From: Eledone cirrhosa
Lineage: Eukaryota
Direction: 5' to 3'
DNA length: 64,000 bases
Assembly (NCBI GenBank): GCA_964016885.1
Contig: OZ024745.1
Coordinates: 27,094,001 to 27,158,000, forward strand
Position numbers and translations under genes: made by a program. The notes under the pieces were generated by a model that saw only the letters and a list, made by a program, of their open reading frames with translations, was not told the DNA's origin and did no database searches. Position 1 is the stretch's first letter; the number at the start of each line of letters is the position of its first letter. This document shows positions 57,120 to 64,000 of the stretch, in pieces.

Positions 57120-58004
57120 TGTGTGTGTGTGTGTCTGTGTATTACCTATAGGGGCCTACATCTTACGACCGATTTTCATGAAACTTTACAGGCTCATAGA
57201 TTAGTCATCGGGGAGTTTTTTCTATATATCATCGTATTGTTTTTTTTATTCTGGGGTCATTCTGCAGATAAAAATCAATAGGGGGTCACCTTTTTTTAGG
57301 TATCGAAAAATAAGATTTTTGGCTCTAGCTCCCACATTTTGCCACCGCTTTCGTTCAAATTTTAAAGCAAAATAGAATTTATCATTGCATATCCTGTAAT
57401 GGCTTTATATTTTGCATTTGTTGTTCAAGGACGGCGTGGCAGCCGCTTAAATATTCAAAAATACCACTTTTAGACTCAAATTTCCACTTTTTCGGCTCTA
57501 GCTCCCACATTAATCAACCTACTTTGTTCAAATTTTACACTACGCTAGATCCGATTATTTCACGTATTAAAGTGGCTTTACATTTTGGATTTTTTGTTCA
57601 GGAACGGCGTGGCAGCCGCTTAAATATTCGAAAATACCACCTTTTCGCTCAAATTTTCGCCTTTTCGGCTCGAGCTCCCACATTTTTCAACCGATTTCGT
57701 TCAAATTCGAAACTTCGGCTCCACCTCACACATAAATCAATTTATTTGGTTCAACTTTTATACTACGATAGAACCTATCATTGCACATCTTATAGTAGCT
57801 TTACACTTTGCATTTTTTGTTCAGGGACTGCGTGGCAGCCGTTTAACTCTTCAAAATACGATTTTTTCCACCTCCCACATATTCCATACGATTTCACTCA
57901 ACATTTCGCCATTTTCAAGAAACTCGCAGTCGCTAAGATCAACACCTTTTCATCAAAGCAGATATTATTTTACCTACCCAGGCAACGCTGGGTACTGCTG
58001 TTAG
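57115..58004 (+). mobile_element. Non-autonomous Helitron-like element with internal ~175-bp diverged tandem repeats
   Basis: 3' end acccaggcaacgctgggt-actgctg-TTAG|t; 5' (gt)n + ccgattttcatgaaacttt; ggcgtggcagccgcttaaatattc repeats. Confidence 0.65.
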
Positions 58005-58700
58005 TATATATATATATATGACTATATACATCGTATTCATGAAAAAGCTTTGTGTGTGAAGTGATTACAGTATTTGCCGGCCTATTGGACTCACTTTTTT
58101 TCAAAAAAAAAAAAAAACAGAAAAAAATCTTCCTGCATCTAATACGCTCGCCCGTATCACCGATAGAGGCCGAACGAAGGGTGAGGATAATCATGGTTTT
58201 AAAATTTTTGTTTATATTACTATTAGTATTTCTAATACAATTTATCTAAGCAAAATGATGTCGAAAAAACAATGAAATAATTTTTAATAAATCTATGAAG
58301 AAATATACTAAAATTCTTTTTTTCTCAAAATGTTCTTGTAAAACCAGGGACACTTATACGAAGGGGGTCCAATAGGCCAGTGAATACAATACATTCTTGG
58401 GTGTTTTGTTTTTCATAAAATATGTTTATGCATACGGGAGGTTTATAAAATAATATGTATATTTGCGTATATACGCGCGCGTGTTTATGTGAATATATTG
58501 ACTGTTTTATAGCCAGTATATTTCGCTTAGCAATAATATTTAAATATAAGACTTCGGTCAGGGCACAGTTTCACTGGCAAGAAAAAGATGATAATTCTGT
58601 TACTATGCTAAAAGTCTCTAAAATTAAAACTATGTGAGGTGGTTAAAAAATAAAAGGTTGCTTCAAAAATGAGTAAACTGTGGTTATCGTTCAATTGCAG

Positions 58701-58827
58701 CTGTTCAACATGAAAGAGCGCCAAGATCTTACCAACAACGACACTCAGGTCCAGATGAAATCAGAAGACACAATGAAGAAAACCAAGTACCATTTGTTCC
58801 TATTACTAAAATTCTTGATCATCCAAG
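58701..58827 (+). CDS. NR2E receptor exon: T-box / hinge (AVQHERAPRSYQQRH..)
   Basis: ttgcag|ct gtt caa cat gaa aga gcg cca aga completes D-AVQHERAPR in phase 1. The 3' end (aag|gttttt, phase 2) was chosen to fit the next exon and is less certain. Not in the ORF track. Confidence 0.8.
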
Positions 58828-58880
58828 GTTTTTATCAAAACTTTTATCTTATGTAATATTCAGTCATAATTATAATTATG

Positions 58881-58997
58881 CAAGGTGGTCCAAAAGTCAC
58901 TAGACCATTTCAAGATATAATAACTCTTTTGTTTATTAAAAATTAATTGTAAAAATAATATTTTAAAAAATGGTCTAGTGACTTTTGAGATACCCTG
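58881..58997. mobile_element. Tc1/mariner-type MITE
   Basis: caaggtggtccaaaagtcactagaccattt / aaatggtctagtgacttttgagataccctg, followed by ta. Confidence 0.7.
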
Positions 58998-60476
58998 TAT
59001 TATGATATGATTATAATCATCTTTTACATCATTTTTCTTCTAGCTTTCTCATTGTAAATATCTTGTGTTGTCAATAACGACGTCCGTGTAACTTCATATT
59101 ATTAAGATGTATTAATGTGGTGTGGTAAATAAATACATATACACCAGGTCCGAACACAATAGCACCAAACTCATTGTCCGATAGCTCGATCAGATTTAAA
59201 GTACCACAGACACACCGTATGTCACAAAGACACCCAACGTCTCCATCAGAAGTTACAGGTCCAAGCATAAATATAAATGTATTCTAGAGAACTGAATGTA
59301 CTTTTGTTCAAAGAAGAATATCTCGAAATCACAGGATTAACCTCCAATCCTTTAAAATTACTATTTAACCAACATATAAACACAAACTATTAAGGTGTGT
59401 GATCAAATGGTTAGGGTGTTCGACTTACAATTATAATACCGTGAGTTCGACTCCTGTTTCAGATTGATTTCTAATTTTTGGCACAAGGCCAACAAATTTG
59501 GGATAAGGGTAAAGTTGAATAGATCAACCCTAATACTTGACTGGGACTGTATTTTATCGACCCTGGAATAATGAAAGGTAAATAAATTTAACCACGGTTT
59601 CTGAACATTGGCTGACACTTTGATTCGCAATAATTCTAAGGTGGAGCTTTGGAATAAACATACCACCGAAAACGTTTCTGAATCTGAAAAATAGTGAAGA
59701 GGTGGGGTGCAGTGTCATCCAGTGTCACCCCCCCCCCCCCCACACACACACAAACCCTACTTGACGGTGGAACCGGTCTAATGACTAAAACCAGTAAAAG
59801 AATTTTTAAAAAAAACGTTCTTACATTCCGTAGAATAATATTTGAATATGCAAATTTTCATGTGAAGGCGTGTAGCCTAGTGGTTACGGTGTTGGACTTA
59901 CAATCATAGATTCAATTAGGGTGTTGGACTTACGATCATAAAGTCATAGATTCGATTCCTGGAACAGGTTGTGTGTTATGTTCTTGAGCAAAGAATACAT
60001 TTCACATTGTTTCAGTATACTTAGCTGAAAATGAGTACCAGTTGTGACTGGGGGTTTAACTCTGTGATGAACTGGCATCTTGTCCCGGGGGAAGTTTTGT
60101 CGCCTGGAATTATTGGGAATTAGAGTGTCAGCCAAGAATGTTCCGAAACCGAGGTAAAATTTACCTTTCATTCTTCCGGGGTTGATAGAACAAAGTCCCA
60201 GTAATGTAGTGAGGTTGATTTATTCAACTTTTCCCTTGCCCAAAATTTGATGGTTTTATGGCAAAACTCTCAAGATATGCCCGGCCTAATGAACCTCGGG
60301 GCTTGAGATAGACTTTAGAGAAAGTATATGCTGGTAATGCATATAAAATATTCCCACCCATCCAAGGTCATATGTACAGGTCTTCAAGTTTATTTATTTG
60401 TTTATGTTTTGGAGGTTGTTGTTTGTTTTTGTTGTTGTTGTTGTTGTTTTTACCCCTTTTTTCATGTTATTTACAG

Positions 60477-61018
60477 ATTGGATTATGCCCAGTTTCACCA
60501 GTACAGCACCCCAGTGGCTCTGCATCATGAACTACCCGGTTACAATCCTGGTCAAGTATTCCAGCCAATTACAATCCAGTTAGCTGACCAAAATAGCCGC
60601 GCAGCTACTGCTGCTTTTCTACACCCTCACCATCACCACCATCCAACACATCTACCACATCACTATCCGAATCACTTGTTACAACCAGGCACTACACCAA
60701 GTGGAGAAATGGGCTTCCGACCAGCTGTTGTGAGGATTCCATCTAGCGAGCCAAACGTACGTGGAATTGGAGGAGGAGGAGGAGATGGCGAAAGAGGAGG
60801 AGGGGGAGGAGGAGGAAGCAACAGTGGTTGTGGTGATGGTAGCGGTGGTAGTAGTGGTGGGGGTAGTGGTGGGGGTAGTGGTGGTGGCGGTGGTGGCAGT
60901 AGAAATGAGAATACTAACATCGATTGTACTATCAAAGAAAACTGTTCGTCACGTGTTTCTGGAGAATGTTCCACGCCGTCGCACATGAAACGCGAAAAGA
61001 CCGAGTCAGACAGCACAG
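60477..61018 (+). CDS. NR2E receptor exon: His- and Gly-rich hinge
   Basis: Pyrimidine tract + ttacag| (phase 2); LDYAQFHQYSTP..HPHHHHHP..GGGGG..KREKTESDST; donor ag|gtaaat in phase 1. Confidence 0.8.
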
Positions 61019-62068
61019 GTAAATTGATTCAGTGCTTAACTAGAGTTAACTTTGGATATATGGAATAAGTACAAATAATATACAGAAATCGTTTCTCTGG
61101 CAAACAAAACACAACTGTCGTTGTGTCCTAGAACCCAATATCAGTTTATATTTAGCGAACCTAAATCAGCGAATTGACAGAGTCGTTAGAACGACCAATA
61201 GAATATTTAGCGTTATTCCTTCCAACTCTCTGCGCTCTGAGCTTATATCCCGCCAAGGACAACTTTGCGTTTCGTCCTTTCAAGATCGATAAAAAAATAC
61301 TTTGTATAGAAGTCAATTCTCTCTCTCTCTCTCACTCTCTCTCTCTCTCTCTAAGAAGAAGAAGAAGAAATTGGCTGTATTCAGACCTGGAGAGAAGTGA
61401 GCTTAAAATGCCCAAGAAACGCCTACGACTCCACCAGGAGTTACGTGTCCATACATACAAATCAGAGCCATATAATAAGATTTCTTAAGATTCAAGATCA
61501 ACTCGAGAGATACTGAAATATTATGTAATAATACGATGTTAATTCTAAATATACAATTAGAAAGCAGTAAAATACTTTACAATCGTTTGAAATTCTTTGT
61601 TCTATACAGCTGAGAAAGAATTTATAAGTTTGGCCTTTAAGCTGGAATTGGGAGAGTCGTTAAAGTGTTGAATTAAATGCCTCGGTATTTGTTCTGGCTC
61701 ACTGTGCTCTGAGTTCAAATTCTGGTGAAGTCAATTTTAGCCTTTCACCCTTTCAGGGTCGATAAATAAACTACAAGCCTTGGGTTGCTGATTAGACAGA
61801 AATTGTTAAAATATCAAACGAGATGCTTTGAGATATCTGATTTAGTCATGTGCGTTATAAGTTGCCAGAAGTTGCAACCATCAGATAGTAACAGCAATGG
61901 AAAGACCCAAGAAAACACTCCTTGGCCTAATTGGACAATCGGTTCCTTTCTTTTCCATTTTTTTCTATGAAATTTCTCTTCTCAATAGAATGTATCTACA
62001 ACTGCTTTGGTATTAAATTGAAAAATGACGTTTTTCCATATTGTTTTGTTTTATTTCATTCTATTTAG

Positions 62069-62461
62069 AATCTTCTGGAGGCACTTCACAGGAGAATTCA
62101 GTTAGCACAACAACATCTATTCATCCACCGACAACTATAAGCGGCAACCAGCCTCAAACCTTTCCATACAAAATGATTCCAGCATCAGCTGTAAATATGA
62201 ATCCTTCATCATACCAACCACCGTTTAGTATGTTAACTAACCCTCTTACTGGAGGAGACCAACATTTTTATGTCAATAATTCCAGTGTAGAAAGCGTCTA
62301 CGAAACAGCAGCACGCCTCTTATTTATGTCGGTGAAATGGGCGCGAAACATTCCATCGTTTCTTCAGCAGCCATTCCGCGATCAAGCAATTCTTTTGGAA
62401 GAAAGCTGGAGTGAATTGTTTATTCTTAGTACATCACAATGGTCAATGCCAATCGACATAG
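62069..62461 (+). CDS. NR2E receptor exon: start of the ligand-binding domain
   Basis: ESVYETAARLLFMSVKWARNIPSFLQQPFRDQAILLEESWSELFIL; tttag|aa to ag|gtaagt; 393 nt, phase 1-1. Confidence 0.93.
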
Positions 62462-63409
62462 GTAAGTAAATATTCTTGAGATTGTTTTGTTCGGTCTTAT
62501 CTGTATCGATAACTTACAAATTCTAATAAAAATAAAAAGGAAATATTCATGACTGGCCACGATTTACGCACCTCTGACAGACCATAGATTTGCATTTCCG
62601 AAGTAGAGGCCTTACCAAGTGATTTGTGTAAGACCAACAATCGCCCATGCATGCAAGTCTTCCTTCTCCACGACACTGATATTGTCCAAGGAAAGGACAA
62701 GTGCTGATACAGATTAACACCTGTGTCGTTACAACTCATATTTTTATAGCTGAGTGGACAGGAACAACGTAAAATAAAGTATTTTTCTCAAGGACACGAC
62801 GTACCGCCCGGTCTCGGAATCCAACTCACGATCGGGAGCCCAGCGTCTTAATCAATAAGCCATGTACCTTCTCAGAGATAAAAACAGCCGTTATATGATA
62901 ACGTATGTTTAAGATATTTTTTAAAGGCGTGCCAGCTATGACCATCCTGACATTTTGTATATAAGAGACTACATTGTTTAAGCGTCCTTCTTTACTAGTG
63001 TCTTTACAAATTTTCTGTAATCTTAATTGCCTTTCTATTCGACTTACGTACAGTGTTTGTTTACATACGTCTGTCTGCCTGTCTGCTGACATCTGAAAGC
63101 TGTTGTCTAGTTATCTAGTTAAAAAGACGGTGGAAGAGTTGTCACGGCCCCTTAGAGCGTCTAGCCGGTATCTGGAAGATATGGGGGTTTCAATTCCTCC
63201 TAGCGACTGATGACAACATATTTTCCCGTCTTTTAAGGGTTTTCACCCTATTTTATAAGCTATTACATAGCATCTCTGCGCTTGAACACATCATCCTTTA
63301 AACTTATATATATAATATATATATATATGTATGTAAAAGGTAAACAGAAATAACAACACAATCGGTACAGGAATATATTAGGTTAATGCTTGAAATAGAA
63401 GGAAGAGGG

Positions 63410-63445
63410 TCTTAACGTTTCGGACGCTAGTCCTTCATCAGAAGA
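63410..63445 (-). ncRNA. Minimal PLE-type hammerhead motif, antisense within an NR2E intron
   Basis: Reverse complement: tctt-CTGATGA-a-ggac-tagc-gtcc-GAA-ACGT-T-aaga. Canonical core, 4-bp helices I and II, loopless palindromic helix III. Confidence 0.8.
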
Positions 63446-63541
63446 AAGAATGAGAAATAAGATATATATATTCTCAGCGTTTAAAAGACCAAAATTCAGC
63501 TTATGTACATTGTTTATACATATATATTTTTTTAATTGCAG

Positions 63542-63712
63542 CTTCATTATTAACAGCTAATGGTTGGAGCTTGGATACACAACATGCAGAAAAAACAGCT
63601 TTCATGATGACACAACTGCGACTGCTGCAAGATATAATCAATCGCTGTAATGAATTACATGTTGATGCCACAGAATACGCATGTCTTAAGGCGATAACAC
63701 TTTTCCGTCCAG
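63542..63712 (+). CDS. NR2E receptor exon: mid ligand-binding domain
   Basis: ttgcag|ct: ASLLTANGWSLDTQHAEKTAFMMTQLRLLQDIINRCNELHVDATEYACLKAITLFRP, then ag|gtaatg. 171 nt, phase 1-1; not in the ORF track. The gene continues beyond the window. Confidence 0.92.
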
Positions 63713-64000
63713 GTAATGTTCAATGTAAAGTCGTTGATATCTGTAAATCATTAGAACCACTGAGGATTGATTTGTTCTCGTGTGCTGATTCTTCTCGTTG
63801 CCTCTCTCGGGCTGACAGTAAATATTTGACCCCATCATCACAATTTTTAAAAAAAGTGGAGTGGGGAAAGATGGCCAAATACCGGTACCAGACCCTCCAA
63901 TTCCTTTCCTCTATACTGGTCACTGTCTTAACCTCTGGTGTCAATGGTCTCCGAACTGCTGTTTTCCTTCGCAATATTGAGAGAAGCGCATCCCGCATAA

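Noticed and set aside
59141-59290. Possible extra NR2E hinge exon (TPGPNTIAPNSLSDSS..)
   Set aside because: No pyrimidine tract or convincing donor, and the flanking exons already join in phase without it.
63207-63250. Isolated CTGATGA here, and CTGANGA hits inside LINE ORFs (~26533, ~32756)
   Set aside because: No supporting helices; expected by chance.

Overview
Eukaryotic, very AT-rich, microsatellite-laden DNA. The SINE and LINE repertoire points to an octopus or another coleoid cephalopod (inference). About 50 kb is a transposon graveyard set in imperfect (TA)n arrays. It holds two decayed Penelope-like retroelements (PLEs; RT + C-terminal GIY-YIG, Naiad-like), RTE, CR1/L2-like and Tx1/L1 LINE fragments, two non-autonomous Helitrons, hAT and Tc1/mariner MITEs, more than 20 tRNA-derived SINE copies, minisatellites and a 200-N gap. 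The only host gene is a + strand NR2E-subfamily nuclear receptor (P-box CDGCRG, PNR-like/NR2E6-like). Five phase-compatible exons lie between 52253 and 63712, a candidate first exon at 41879, and the 3' end is outside the window. The most striking unannotated signal is at least 12 minimal type-I hammerhead ribozyme (HHR) motifs, read by eye. All have a palindromic helix III; several have long or branched helix II inserts or variant cores (U3-A8 covariation, C4, U.U closing pair). They sit in PLE 3' regions and pseudo-LTRs, in a direct-repeat-bounded non-coding unit, and as outward-facing pairs in 335-415 bp perfect DNA palindromes. None of these folds was computed or tested. The many long 'YIYI' ORFs are microsatellite artefacts.
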